From assembly GCA_009695005.1 (NCBI GenBank), contig SIBU01000004.1:1-50130 (forward strand): 50,130 nt of DNA. Direction: 5' to 3'. This stretch comes from Candidatus Tayloriibacteriota bacterium. Its GTDB lineage: Bacteria > Patescibacteriota > Minisyncoccia > Phycocordibacterales > SIBU01. Both the position numbers and the translations under genes were made by a program. Under the pieces are notes generated by a model, which worked only from the letters and a program-made list of their open reading frames with translations, searched no databases and was not told the origin of the DNA. Positions within the stretch are counted from its first letter, which is position 1; the number at the start of each line of letters is the position of its first letter. Below are positions 8,264-17,420 of this stretch, one piece after another.

Positions 8264-9055
8264 ATGGTACAAGAAGATAATAACTCTCGTCACTACAGTA
8301 ATCTATTAAGGTCAGGAGCAATTGCTTTTTTGATTCTATCTATTTTTTTGTTTGCCGTTACTGTTTCCGAAATAAAAAAATGGGGTATGATCGGTAAAGA
8401 AGTTGCAGTTCAAACTACCATTACAGTTTCTGGTAAAGGTGAAGAAGTTGTGAAGCCTGATATTGCAACGTTTAATTTCGGTATTCAGCAAGAGTCACTC
8501 GTGGTTGGGGAAGCACAGAATAAGGTTTCAAAAACTGAGAATGAGATTTTGGCATTTCTAAAGAATGGGGGTGTGTCTACTGATGATGTGAAAGTTTCTG
8601 GATACAATATTTATCCTCGTTATGATTATGTTAAAACAAACGATGTTGGTGGTGGAAAGCAGGTTTTGGCTACATATGTAGTTAGTGAGACGGTAGAGGT
8701 GAAGGTTCGTAAATTGAGTGATGCCGGCAAACTTATCGGTAGTTTAGGCACACAGGGAGCTACAAATCTTAGCGGATTGTCGTTTAGCATAGATAAACAG
8801 GAAGTTGTAATGAAAGTGGCGCAAGGTAAGGCTATACAAGATGCTAAAGGTAAGGCTGAAAAATTGGCAAAGGATTTGGGAGTATCCCTCGTTCGCATTG
8901 TAAGTTTTTCTGAGAATGGCGGTGGATATACACCACAGGTTTATTATACAAAGACCATGGGAGCTTCTTCACCTCGAGACTCCGCAAGTCCTGAACTTCC
9001 GAGTGGTACAAGTAAAATAACCTCCGAAGTCAGTTTGACCTACGAGATTAGATAG
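8264..9055 (+). CDS. SIMPL (DUF541) domain membrane-anchored protein
   Basis: N-terminal TM, ITVSGKGEEVVKPDIA and AIQDAKGKAEKLAKDLGVSLVRIVSFSE. Confidence 0.85.
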   Translation: MVQEDNNSRHYSNLLRSGAIAFLILSIFLFAVTVSEIKKWGMIGKEVAVQTTITVSGKGEEVVKPDIATFNFGIQQESLVVGEAQNKVSKTENEILAFLKNGGVSTDDVKVSGYNIYPRYDYVKTNDVGGGKQVLATYVVSETVEVKVRKLSDAGKLIGSLGTQGATNLSGLSFSIDKQEVVMKVAQGKAIQDAKGKAEKLAKDLGVSLVRIVSFSENGGGYTPQVYYTKTMGASSPRDSASPELPSGTSKITSEVSLTYEIR

Positions 9056-9093
9056 AGCCCACTTCTTGTTTAAAGTAATAAAGTAAGGAAAGG

Positions 9094-9125
9094 AACCCAG
9101 CCCCGACAAAAGTCGGGACTGGGTT
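9094..9125 (+). terminator. Stem-loop after the SIMPL gene, overlapping a likely secE -35 (TTGACT 9124-9129)
   Basis: AACCCAG-c-CCCGAC aaaa GTCGGG-a-CTGGGTT hairpin. Confidence 0.55.
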
Positions 9126-9191
9126 GACTTTTCCTGTGGAAAGAGTACTCTATTGGGGTAACGGCCGAAAGGCCTTTTTTAATAGAATACT

Positions 9192-9368
9192 ATGAATCTC
9201 AAAACATATTTACAGGAAACTAAGGCGGAATTAGCTCATGTTAGCTGGCCAACTAGAAAGCAGGCGCTTATTTATACAGTTGTGGTTATTGTGGTCTCTG
9301 TGGTTACGGCCTTTTACCTCGGTGCATTCGATTATCTATTTCAGACGATTTTGGGAAAAATTATATAA
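9192..9368 (+). CDS. secE: Preprotein translocase subunit SecE (58 aa, not in the ORF track)
   Basis: Hand translation MNLKTYLQETKAELAHVSWPTRKQALIYTVVVIV...; the ELxxVSWPT motif plus one TM, immediately upstream of nusG. Confidence 0.93.
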   Translation: MNLKTYLQETKAELAHVSWPTRKQALIYTVVVIVVSVVTAFYLGAFDYLFQTILGKII

Positions 9369-9391
9369 CTCTAATTATTAATTGACACGAA

Positions 9392-9937
9392 ATGAGTAAA
9401 CAAAAAATAGAAGAGGGTAGAAATTGGTATGCGATCCACACATACGCTGGATACGAGAATGCCGTTGCCCGCAATTTAAAACAACGTATCGAGTCTCTGG
9501 GAATGGAGGATCGAATCTTTAACGTGCTTGTTCCAACTGAAAAGAAAATTAAAATCAAAGGCAATAAACGTGTTGAGGAGGAAGAGAAGATTTACCCAGG
9601 ATACGTTTTGGTTGATATGGTGGTAACGGACGATTCTTGGTATGTCGTTCGAAACACCCCGCGAGTTACCGGTTTCGTTGGGTCAGGAGTTTTTCCGGTC
9701 CCTCTAGATAAAAAGGAAGTGGAAGTTTTGTTCGGTCGCATGAATTCCGGTACAGTGAAGCACAATATTGATCTTGAACTCGATGATGCAGTGACGATTG
9801 TAGACGGACCTTTTAAAGACTTGGAAGGAAAGGTGGGAGAAGTGGACAGTGAGCGAGGTAAAATCAAGGTGCTTGTTAGTATGTTCGGTCGCGAGACACC
9901 AGTCGAACTAGATTTTCTTCAGGTCAAAAAAATCTAG
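9392..9937 (+). CDS. nusG: Transcription termination/antitermination factor NusG
   Basis: WYAIHTYAGYE, PGYVLVDM, VRNTPRVTGFVG and KOW domain with FGRETPVEL. Confidence 0.97.
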   Translation: MSKQKIEEGRNWYAIHTYAGYENAVARNLKQRIESLGMEDRIFNVLVPTEKKIKIKGNKRVEEEEKIYPGYVLVDMVVTDDSWYVVRNTPRVTGFVGSGVFPVPLDKKEVEVLFGRMNSGTVKHNIDLELDDAVTIVDGPFKDLEGKVGEVDSERGKIKVLVSMFGRETPVELDFLQVKKI

Positions 9938-9950
9938 TTCGACAGTTGTC

Positions 9951-10033
9951 AGATTTAAGATTATAGATTAAAGTACTGACTCCAAGATATGTTTTACTTA
10001 AATCTTAAATCTTTAATTTTTAATCTTTAATCA
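9951..10033. repeat. Inverted pair of 7-bp-period arrays (AGATTTA x3 ... TAAATCT x5) in the rplK leader
   Basis: AGATTTA AGATTAT AGATTAA at 9951-9971; TAAATCT TAAATCT TTAATTT TTAATCT TTAATCA at 9999-10033; 9951-9962 is the exact reverse complement of 10001-10012. Confidence 0.8.
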
Positions 10034-10039
10034 AATTTT

Positions 10040-10465
10040 ATGGCAAAAAAAGTAGTAAAAAAATTAAAATTGTTGATTGAAGGAGGAAAGGCTAATCCGG
10101 CCCCGCCGATTGGTCCTGCTCTCGGTCAAGCTAAAGTGAACATTGGTGAATTTGTCACCCGTTTTAATGCAGGCACCAAGGATATGAAAGGAGATTTGGT
10201 TCCAGTTGAAATTTCAGTTTACGAAGACCGAACTTTTGATTTAGTTTTTAAAACTTCTCCTGCCACCTCTCTTATTCTTAAGGCTATCGGTAAGGAAAAG
10301 GGTTCGGGGAAGAATGTGGTCAGTAAGGCAGGTACTATCACCAAGGCTAAAGTTCGTGAAATTGCAGAAAAGAAGCTCAAAGATTTGAATGCTAACGACG
10401 TCGAGGCTGCTATGAAAATTATCGAAGGTTCGTGCCGATCGATGGGGGTAGAAGTTAAGGGTTAA
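10040..10465 (+). CDS. rplK: 50S ribosomal protein L11 (uL11)
   Basis: [15 protein letters not shown] and [10 protein letters not shown]. Confidence 0.97.
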   Translation: MAKKVVKKLKLLIEGGKANPAPPIGPALGQAKVNIGEFVTRFNAGTKDMKGDLVPVEISVYEDRTFDLVFKTSPATSLILKAIGKEKGSGKNVVSKAGTITKAKVREIAEKKLKDLNANDVEAAMKIIEGSCRSMGVEVKG

Positions 10466-10499
10466 AAATTGGATTTAATTTTATTATTTTAGTTTTTAG

Positions 10500-10532
10500 A
10501 AAACCCGTCGCAACTTTGTAGCGACGGGTTTT
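10500..10532. terminator. Bidirectional intrinsic terminator after rplK
   Basis: 12-bp stem AAAACCCGTCGC/GCGACGGGTTTT between convergent genes. Confidence 0.85.
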
Positions 10533-10547
10533 CATATGCTTACGCTA

Positions 10548-11270
10548 TTAATTTTTTAATACTTCCAAAACGTAGTTTCGTTCCTGTAATAATTGACTGA
10601 GATCCATCTGGCTTTCGATGATGATGGGGATATTCTTATCTCGGATGGATTTGATAATGAGTTCTTGTTTTGTTTCAAACAGGGGATCGTGCAACTTCGC
10701 GAAGCCACTTAGATGAATTTCCGCGATGCGATCACCGAGGGTGCTATAAAAATCATGAGCCAGTTGCATGCTTGGGTCGTTCACAAAACAGTGATTGACG
10801 TCGAGTACCAATTTCCATGAGGAATTTTGTGCTAGAAGCTTTTCCATTTCCGCTACTGTACGATGAGATTTTTTATTCTTGTCCATATTTTCGAATCCGA
10901 TAGGGAAAGGTAGATCATTGAAGATTGACGAGTCCTGTATGCTGTCGGGGTGGACGATAAGGAGGTCGAGAGGACGCAGTTTGTGAAGGAGCATGATTTC
11001 GGAAAAGAATTTTTCGGTTTCTTTGTTCTTTCCGTACGGCAGTACCGGCGCGTGATAGCTGAGAAATGAAAAACCCTCAAGGTCTTCTTTGCGATACATG
11101 GCTAGGTCATCCTCGACCTGATCGATGGGGGTGATCTTTTTCAACTCAACAATTTTGATACCCTTTTCTTGAAGAAATTTTAGGATTTCATTTGGCTTGC
11201 TCTTTTGCCAGAAGCATCCAAGCGAAAATCCAATTTGGGAATTTGATAAGTTGAGGTTGTCATGTAACAT
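10548..11270 (-). CDS. TIM-barrel metalloenzyme, AP-endonuclease-2/xylose-isomerase-like fold
   Basis: SYHAP, IVHPD, GFENMD, LVLDVNH, EIHLSG, HDPL and IIIES metal-ligand pattern; last gene of the thyA-folA-dcd run. Confidence 0.7.
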   Translation of the reverse strand: MLHDNLNLSNSQIGFSLGCFWQKSKPNEILKFLQEKGIKIVELKKITPIDQVEDDLAMYRKEDLEGFSFLSYHAPVLPYGKNKETEKFFSEIMLLHKLRPLDLLIVHPDSIQDSSIFNDLPFPIGFENMDKNKKSHRTVAEMEKLLAQNSSWKLVLDVNHCFVNDPSMQLAHDFYSTLGDRIAEIHLSGFAKLHDPLFETKQELIIKSIRDKNIPIIIESQMDLSQLLQERNYVLEVLKN

Positions 11271-11275
11271 AGACG

Positions 11276-11926
11276 CTATTTATTGTCCTGCCCTTTTGTT
11301 ACTGAAAAGTCACTTTTAAGTTTTCGGATTTCACCACTCATGATGAGGCCAGCCTCTTTGCGTTTTTCACGGGCAACACCGTCGGCGATATCTTTTTTGT
11401 GATACTTACTCTTGCGGGCGTTCACTGGTTCAGAAAGTTCTTCAAATACTACCTGGCAGATGCGTTCTCCTGGGTAAAGGCGGACAACCTGGGACTCGGT
11501 ATTGTTTCTGATGGGAAGAGTGAGTTGGCCCTCATAGCCCGAGTCGATGATGCCGGTGAGGTCTAAGGACAATCCCTTGCGGTTTGTAGATGAGCGAGGA
11601 TATAACACTGCCATCAGGTCATTCGGCACTTTGATAGTTTCAAGAGTGCTCACTAATACATACTCGTGAGGGAGGAGTTCAAAATACTGAGCTTCTTCAA
11701 GTTCTACAACGTCAAAATATTCGGCGTTGTTTTTGTCGAAGTGAGTAATGTCTAGAGCTTCACGTCCTTTTGCGGTTAAATGCCAGACCTTCGGCACAAG
11801 AAAAGTAAAACCAAGGCGGAGATCAACAGCGTGTTCTTGAAGTTGGAAAGTGTCGAGGGATGGAGAAAAACCGATTTCTCCTTTTTGCAGACGCTCAATA
11901 ATTTGTTTTTTTGTAATTACGCTCAT
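11276..11926 (-). CDS. dcd: dCTP deaminase
   Basis: AVDLRLG, PRSSTNRKGL, GIIDSGYEGQLTL and ERICQVVFE. Confidence 0.92.
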   Translation of the reverse strand: MSVITKKQIIERLQKGEIGFSPSLDTFQLQEHAVDLRLGFTFLVPKVWHLTAKGREALDITHFDKNNAEYFDVVELEEAQYFELLPHEYVLVSTLETIKVPNDLMAVLYPRSSTNRKGLSLDLTGIIDSGYEGQLTLPIRNNTESQVVRLYPGERICQVVFEELSEPVNARKSKYHKKDIADGVAREKRKEAGLIMSGEIRKLKSDFSVTKGQDNK

Positions 11927-11961
11927 GGGAAGGGTTTAGTTAAGACGGATTCAATTTTATA

Positions 11962-12459
11962 CTAACTCTTGCGAATGTAAACTTGATATGTGGCGTCAAA
12001 TGGGTTTTTGTCGTCTTTAGTTTCCAACTTGGAAGTTGCCAGTAGCCAGTCACTAGCGGTAAAGTCGGGGAAGAAAGCGTCGCCTTCAAGAGTAGTGTGA
12101 ATTAGAGTGCGGTAAATTTTGTCGGCTTTTGGCATGCTTTCGACGTAGAGTTGCGAGCCACCAATAATAAAAACTTCCTCAATTTTAGGAGAAATTTTAA
12201 TGGCTTCCTCTAAGGAATGAACTATTGTGCAGCCCAAAGCTTTGAATGAGGGATTTCGGGTTACTACAATGTTTGTTCGATCGGGGAGAGGTTTTCCAAG
12301 CCTGGCAAAAATAGATTCATATGTATTTCTACCCATGATAACAGTATGACCTTTTGTGACAGTGGAAAAATGTTTTAGATCCCGTGGCATATACCAAGGG
12401 ATTTTATTCAAATGTCCGATGACGTTATTTTCTGATGTGGCGACGATAATGGATAACAT
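11962..12459 (-). CDS. folA: Dihydrofolate reductase
   Basis: IPWYMPRDLKHF, VIMGRNTYES, LPDRTNIVVTR and IIGGSQLY. Start placed at ATG 12459, right after the thyA stop. Confidence 0.95.
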   Translation of the reverse strand: MLSIIVATSENNVIGHLNKIPWYMPRDLKHFSTVTKGHTVIMGRNTYESIFARLGKPLPDRTNIVVTRNPSFKALGCTIVHSLEEAIKISPKIEEVFIIGGSQLYVESMPKADKIYRTLIHTTLEGDAFFPDFTASDWLLATSKLETKDDKNPFDATYQVYIRKS

Positions 12460-12460
12460 T

Positions 12461-13297
12461 TTATAAAACAATTTTTAAACCCTTGATGGGCTCTAGCGGT
12501 TGGTACTGGTTCGTGAGATTTTCCACGATTTCCTGTACAAGTTTTACATCCTGTTTTTCAGCGCGGTCGAAAGCATTTTTGGGAAGTGTTAGTGTAATTT
12601 TCTTGTGATTATTTGTGCGCTTCATCAATTCTTCAGCGGCAAAATAATGAGTATCGTAGACGTGAGCATTGGAAATAGAGTGAGAGTAGAAACCGGGACG
12701 TACACCGAGCTTTTGGGCAAGGATGTAGGCGAGAAGGGCAAACCCTGCTACGTCGGAAGGAAAGCCAAGGATAACATCATTAGAACGGACAATGTTGTGG
12801 AGATTAAGACGTCCACCGATGATGTTTACTGTAAAGGTGAAAGGGCAAGGAACATTTTTTTTGATAGCGCCACCTAGACCGTCTTGTGCGGGGTCCCAAG
12901 TGATGATCACACCGTGCCGTGAGCTCGGATCTTCTTTTAGAAGTTTTATTAAAAGTCCGAGTTGGTCGCGACCAAAATGTTTCCTCCAACGGTAACCGTA
13001 GGCAACTGTTACGACATCACCAGGATTGGTAAACATATCCCAAATTTTGGTGAATTGTCGTAAAAATATTTCTGGCTTTCTGGCACCGGTAATAAACCAT
13101 ATCTGCTCGGCCACGAACATAGGGATGGGAATTTTTCGCAATGTTAGAAGAGGGAAGCCGTCTTTTTCTAGATCGGTTGTGAAATGTACACCAGGCAGAG
13201 CCTTGGTTTCGTGTTTGGTACGGCAATTTACCTCCGCTATCCCTCGGGTCATAATATCGCGGAGTATTCCTTGATATATTTCATCGAATTTAAGCAT
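12461..13297 (-). CDS. thyA: Thymidylate synthase
   Basis: YGYRWR, PSSRHGVIITWDP, catalytic VPCP, RSND and NAHVYDTH. Confidence 0.95.
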   Translation of the reverse strand: MLKFDEIYQGILRDIMTRGIAEVNCRTKHETKALPGVHFTTDLEKDGFPLLTLRKIPIPMFVAEQIWFITGARKPEIFLRQFTKIWDMFTNPGDVVTVAYGYRWRKHFGRDQLGLLIKLLKEDPSSRHGVIITWDPAQDGLGGAIKKNVPCPFTFTVNIIGGRLNLHNIVRSNDVILGFPSDVAGFALLAYILAQKLGVRPGFYSHSISNAHVYDTHYFAAEELMKRTNNHKKITLTLPKNAFDRAEKQDVKLVQEIVENLTNQYQPLEPIKGLKIVL

Positions 13298-13372
13298 CGT
13301 ATACCGAATTGTAGTACATTTTTATATTTCCGCCAGTATCGTTAACTGGGGGAGTTTTGTTACAATACCTAT

Positions 13373-13888
13373 ATGAGTATTTCTTACCCATATTTGCCGG
13401 AGGGCCGGACAATAAAATATGTTCCAGCCCACGATCGATTCATGCGTGCCGCCGAAGACGCGTGCCGTGAACTTTCGACTGATCGACAGCACCCGACGAG
13501 TGCAGTGTTGGTAAAAGATGGCGTCGTGGTCTCCTCTGCGGCTAATCGTGCGGTACTTAAAAACTCCAAACTTCTCGCATTTCATCGGAAAGGTTGGTGT
13601 GTGCGGAAATTGCTCAAGACACCTTCGGGTCAAAAATATTGGCTTTGTCCCGGCTGCGCGTCGTCAAAGAACCACGCCGAAACTTCGGTGATGCGACTCG
13701 CGATAAAACAGGGCATTGATACCGAAGGTGCGGATATCTATCACTGGGGGCACTGGTGGTGTTGCAAGCCGTGCTGGGACTCAATGATCGCTGGTGGTAT
13801 CAGAAATGTATATCTTCTTGAAGAAAGCGACAAACTGTTTAATCCCAAATACCAGCAAAATATTATCGGTAAGCAGTTTAAGTTCTAG
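13373..13888 (+). CDS. Zn-dependent cytidine/dCMP deaminase family protein (ComEB/dCMP-deaminase-like)
   Basis: HAE...CCKPC zinc motif plus a CVR...PSGQKYWLC insert like dCMP deaminases; divergent from thyA. Confidence 0.8.
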   Translation: MSISYPYLPEGRTIKYVPAHDRFMRAAEDACRELSTDRQHPTSAVLVKDGVVVSSAANRAVLKNSKLLAFHRKGWCVRKLLKTPSGQKYWLCPGCASSKNHAETSVMRLAIKQGIDTEGADIYHWGHWWCCKPCWDSMIAGGIRNVYLLEESDKLFNPKYQQNIIGKQFKF

Positions 13889-13928
13889 CTTGTGCTAGAA
13901 TGCGATTACCATGGTGTAAGCTCCGAAA

Positions 13929-14012
13929 AGTTGTAAGTTGTAAGGTTTCAGATTTAATTAAGTCTGAATCTTTCCTGTATTGATGATAATTTTAATCTTA
14001 AATCTTTAATCT
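13929..14012. repeat. 7-bp-period arrays in the glyA 5' leader
   Basis: AGTTGTA AGTTGTA AGGTTTC AGATTTA at 13929-13956; TTAATCT TAAATCT TTAATCT at 13992-14012, ending 2 nt before the ATG. Confidence 0.7.
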
Positions 14013-14014
14013 TT

Positions 14015-15202
14015 ATGCAAGACAAACAAATAGAAAAATTGATAAAAGATGAGACGGCTCGTCAGAAAAAAGTAATTAATCTTATACCATCGGAGAATTA
14101 TGCCTCTGCGGATGTGTTGAAAGCTCTGGGCTCTATTTTTGATAACAAATACGCTGAGGGCTATCCACATAAAAGATACTATGGTGGTCAAACCTATACA
14201 GATCAGCTTGAAGATTTGGCAAAAGAAAGAGCGTTGAAACTTTTCAAACTTTCTTCGGAAAAGTGGCATGCTAATGTTCAGCCGCATTCAGGCTCACCAG
14301 CAAACCTTGCTGTTTATCTTGCTTTGGTTCCTTTAGGCGGAAAAATTATGGGAATGACACTCACAGCTGGAGGGCACCTCACTCATGGACAGAAGGTTTC
14401 GATGACAGGTAAGGCTTGGCAACAAGTTCCATATGGTGTTGATCCGAAAACTGAAGTGTTGAATTATGACTCATTGAAGGATTTGGCCGTTAAGGAAAAA
14501 CCAAATCTTATTATTGCGGGGTTTACGGCATACCCTCGGATGATAGATTTCAAAAAGTTTCGCGAAATTGCTGATGTCTCGAACGCTTTGCTTATGGTGG
14601 ACATGTCCCACTTTGCCGGATTGGTGGCGGGAGAAGTTTACAATTCACCGTTTGAATATGCGGATGTTGTGACGACTACAACCCATAAAACTTTGCGTGG
14701 TCCAAGAAGCGCTATAATTTTTTCCCGTAAAGATAAAATGTTGGGAGAGAAAGATATCTCAACACTAATCGACAAAGCGATTTTTCCCGGCCTTCAAGGT
14801 GGCCCACATTTAAGTCAGATTGCCGGAGTGGCTGTTGCTTTGAAAGAGGCTTCAACTCCCGCGTTCAGAAAATACGCTTCTCAGGTAGTAAAAAATGCTA
14901 AGGTTTTTGCCGATGAACTTATAAAGCTCGGCTGGCGTGTGATTTCTGGAGGTACCGATTCTCATTTGTTGCTCGTGGACACTTGGATGGGAGGCAAAGG
15001 AATTCCAGGTAAGGAGGCTGCCATAAAGCTCGAAGAGGAGGGGATTATTTGTAATTTCAATACTATTCCAGGAGAAACCCGCAGTGCTTTCGACCCGTCA
15101 GGAATCCGGATGGGAACGCCAGCGGAAACAACTCGTGGCAAGAAAGAGAAGGACTTCCGTGTTATCGCTCAGAAAATTAATTCAATTTTGCGAACCAAAT
15201 AG
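14015..15202 (+). CDS. glyA: Serine hydroxymethyltransferase
   Basis: YAEGYPHKRYYGG, NVQPHSGSPAN, PLP lysine in TTTHKTLRGPR and FPGLQGGPH. Confidence 0.97.
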   Translation: MQDKQIEKLIKDETARQKKVINLIPSENYASADVLKALGSIFDNKYAEGYPHKRYYGGQTYTDQLEDLAKERALKLFKLSSEKWHANVQPHSGSPANLAVYLALVPLGGKIMGMTLTAGGHLTHGQKVSMTGKAWQQVPYGVDPKTEVLNYDSLKDLAVKEKPNLIIAGFTAYPRMIDFKKFREIADVSNALLMVDMSHFAGLVAGEVYNSPFEYADVVTTTTHKTLRGPRSAIIFSRKDKMLGEKDISTLIDKAIFPGLQGGPHLSQIAGVAVALKEASTPAFRKYASQVVKNAKVFADELIKLGWRVISGGTDSHLLLVDTWMGGKGIPGKEAAIKLEEEGIICNFNTIPGETRSAFDPSGIRMGTPAETTRGKKEKDFRVIAQKINSILRTK

Positions 15203-15203
15203 T

Positions 15204-15884
15204 ATGAGTAAACAAGGTAAGTTTATAGTAATCGAAGGTACTGATGGTTCCGGCAAGGCGACGCAGACAAAGTTTTTGGCTGAGAAATTAAAATCACTCG
15301 CCGTGCCTTTTGAGTTGGCGGATTTTCCGCAATACGGAAAACCGTCCAGTTATTTCGCTGAAAAATATCTACGGGGTGAGTACGGTACGGCTGATGAAGT
15401 TGGTCCATATAAGGGCTCGCTTTTTTATGCTGTAGACCGATATGATAAATCTTTTGAAATTCGTAAATGGCTTACGGAAGGGAAAGTGGTGGTAAGTAAC
15501 CGCTATGTTTCGGCAAATATGGGACATCAGGCTGGGAAGATTAAAAATAAAGTAAAACGTGAAAAGTTTCTGAAGTGGTTAGAAGAATTAGAATTCAGTA
15601 TTTTTGGCATTCCAAAACCAGACCTCACGATATTGCTTTATGTTCCGCCGGAAATAGGCCAGAAATTTGTTGATCAGAAAGGCGAGCGTGCTTATACCAA
15701 GGGTGCTAAGCGAGATATTCACGAGGCGGACCTTGGTCATCTTCAGGATGCTGCGAAGGCATATTTGAATGTTGCTAAAAAATATAAATGGGCGGTTATT
15801 GATTACAGGACGAAAAACGGAATCTTGTCACTTCAGGAGGTCCAAGATCGTATTTGGGAAAGAGTCGCAAAATTGTTGAAATAA
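15204..15884 (+). CDS. tmk: Thymidylate kinase
   Basis: FIVIEGTDGSGKATQ, DRY and SNRYVSAN. Start placed at ATG 15204, just after the glyA stop. Confidence 0.92.
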   Translation: MSKQGKFIVIEGTDGSGKATQTKFLAEKLKSLAVPFELADFPQYGKPSSYFAEKYLRGEYGTADEVGPYKGSLFYAVDRYDKSFEIRKWLTEGKVVVSNRYVSANMGHQAGKIKNKVKREKFLKWLEELEFSIFGIPKPDLTILLYVPPEIGQKFVDQKGERAYTKGAKRDIHEADLGHLQDAAKAYLNVAKKYKWAVIDYRTKNGILSLQEVQDRIWERVAKLLK

Positions 15885-15978
15885 ATCTCATATCACTTTA
15901 GTAGATATCTTTGTAACAACTGGTCAAGAATCAGTGTTTTCTAATACGTGGAGTACTCACACACAAATAGTCGAAATT

Positions 15979-16944
15979 ATGAATAATAAAAATGAATCGG
16001 TAGTTTTAATTGGTGGAGGCGGTGGTGTTTATCGGGTCGCTAGATTTTTAAAGCATCTTCGATCAAACATTACTACTATCCAAACTGTATTTGACCACGG
16101 ACGACATTCAGGTGAACTTCGTGACGAAAGAGGAATGCTTCCTCCGGGAGATATTCGTCAGGCCATATTGGCTTTAGCTGATGATCAGAGTGAACCCATG
16201 CTTCGACAGTTGATGGCCTTTAGATTTGCTCCAAAAAACGGCTCATCTCTAGATGATGCAACTGTAGGAAACATACTTCTTACTGCGCTTACTGAAATTA
16301 CTGGAAATATAAATGATGCAATCAGTATTTTGAGCAGGTGGTGCGGTGTCAAAGGAAAAGTTTTGCCTGTCAGTCTTGATGACGCTGATTTATGTGTCAA
16401 ATTGAATGATGGTGAAATTTTGTGCGGGGAAGATAAGATTGACGCACGTTCTATATCTGATGACAGAACGATCATTTCTGCGCATTTGAAACCGAGTGCC
16501 AGGATTTATGAAGAGGCCAGAGAGGCAATTCTTCGTGCAGGTAAGATTGTTTTCTGTCCCGGTGATTTATACACCTCACTTATCCCGAATACCCTTGTTT
16601 CCGGTTTTAAGGAAGCGGTGAATGAATCAAAAGCGAAATTGATATTTGCTGTAAATATCATGACAAAAAAGGCGGAGACTCCCAATTTCTCTGCGTCACA
16701 ATTCGCAAAAATTGTTTTGTCACATATAGGGAAAGAGAAGTTTGATTATGTGATTGTAAACAATGCGCCAATCAGACCCTATCTTCTAGAACGATACAGA
16801 AAAGAGAAATCCGAGCCGGTTAGGATCGACCGTGAAGAGTTAAGTAGGGTCGCCAAAAAGGTAATTCTGGAAAATGTGGTCGATCAAACTTCTGAAATCG
16901 TTCGACACAACGAGAGTATTGCTCATATCATTGCACGCATATGA
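15979..16944 (+). CDS. YvcK/UPF0052 (CofD-related) family protein, divergent
   Basis: GGGGG loop, SGELR...LPPGDIRQA, GEDKID and PGDLYTSLIPN. Start placed at ATG 15979. Confidence 0.85.
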   Translation: MNNKNESVVLIGGGGGVYRVARFLKHLRSNITTIQTVFDHGRHSGELRDERGMLPPGDIRQAILALADDQSEPMLRQLMAFRFAPKNGSSLDDATVGNILLTALTEITGNINDAISILSRWCGVKGKVLPVSLDDADLCVKLNDGEILCGEDKIDARSISDDRTIISAHLKPSARIYEEAREAILRAGKIVFCPGDLYTSLIPNTLVSGFKEAVNESKAKLIFAVNIMTKKAETPNFSASQFAKIVLSHIGKEKFDYVIVNNAPIRPYLLERYRKEKSEPVRIDREELSRVAKKVILENVVDQTSEIVRHNESIAHIIARI

Positions 16945-17417
16945 GAACTTTTATATTCGATCTCGATGACACACTTCTCGACACGACAGGTACGATTCTA
17001 GCCCCGGATTTTACGCTTGAGAAAATGGGACTTCTTCCCGGGGCTAAAGAAGTCCTTGCCTTAGAGGGTGTTAGAAAAATTCTTGTTAGTGCTGGCAACG
17101 AAGAAAGGCAAAAAGAAAAAATTAGGCTTCTTGAAATCCTTTCTTTTTTTGAAGAAATACATATCACTCCGAATGACGCAGGAAAGCTTGGTGTGTTTCG
17201 ATCTGTCGCCAGTAGGTTTCATGCTTCGTCTGAAAAAATAGTTGTCGTTGGTAATCGTGTCGATTCTGAAATTCGTTACGGTAATATTTGTGGATTTATT
17301 ACTGTGCTTCTGAGACATGGAAAGCACCAGTCAATATTGCCGAAAGACAGATGGGAGCGCCCAAATTTCACGATTATTTCACTTATGGATCTATCTAAAG
17401 TAGTTCTTTCTAAGTAA
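16941..17417 (+). CDS. HAD-superfamily hydrolase
   Basis: FDLDDTL motif I and VVGNRVDSEIRYG motif IV; ATGA overlap with the upstream gene. Confidence 0.85.
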   Translation: MRTFIFDLDDTLLDTTGTILAPDFTLEKMGLLPGAKEVLALEGVRKILVSAGNEERQKEKIRLLEILSFFEEIHITPNDAGKLGVFRSVASRFHASSEKIVVVGNRVDSEIRYGNICGFITVLLRHGKHQSILPKDRWERPNFTIISLMDLSKVVLSK

Positions 17418-17420
17418 TCA

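Noticed and set aside
9130-9190. tRNA (for example tRNA-Trp) upstream of secE
   Set aside because: Only a small GGCC-GAAA-GGCC hairpin is present; no cloverleaf, TTC-GA T-loop or CCA end.
13893-14014. Known riboswitch (ZTP, THF, glycine) upstream of glyA
   Set aside because: I could not find the conserved cores of these families; the region is explained by heptamer arrays.
15084-15203. N-terminal extension of tmk given by the ORF track (also the extensions of rpsR from 40477, the 40724 ORF, efp from 41838 and GNAT from 1844)
   Set aside because: These overlap upstream genes or promoters; the family alignment begins at the downstream ATG.
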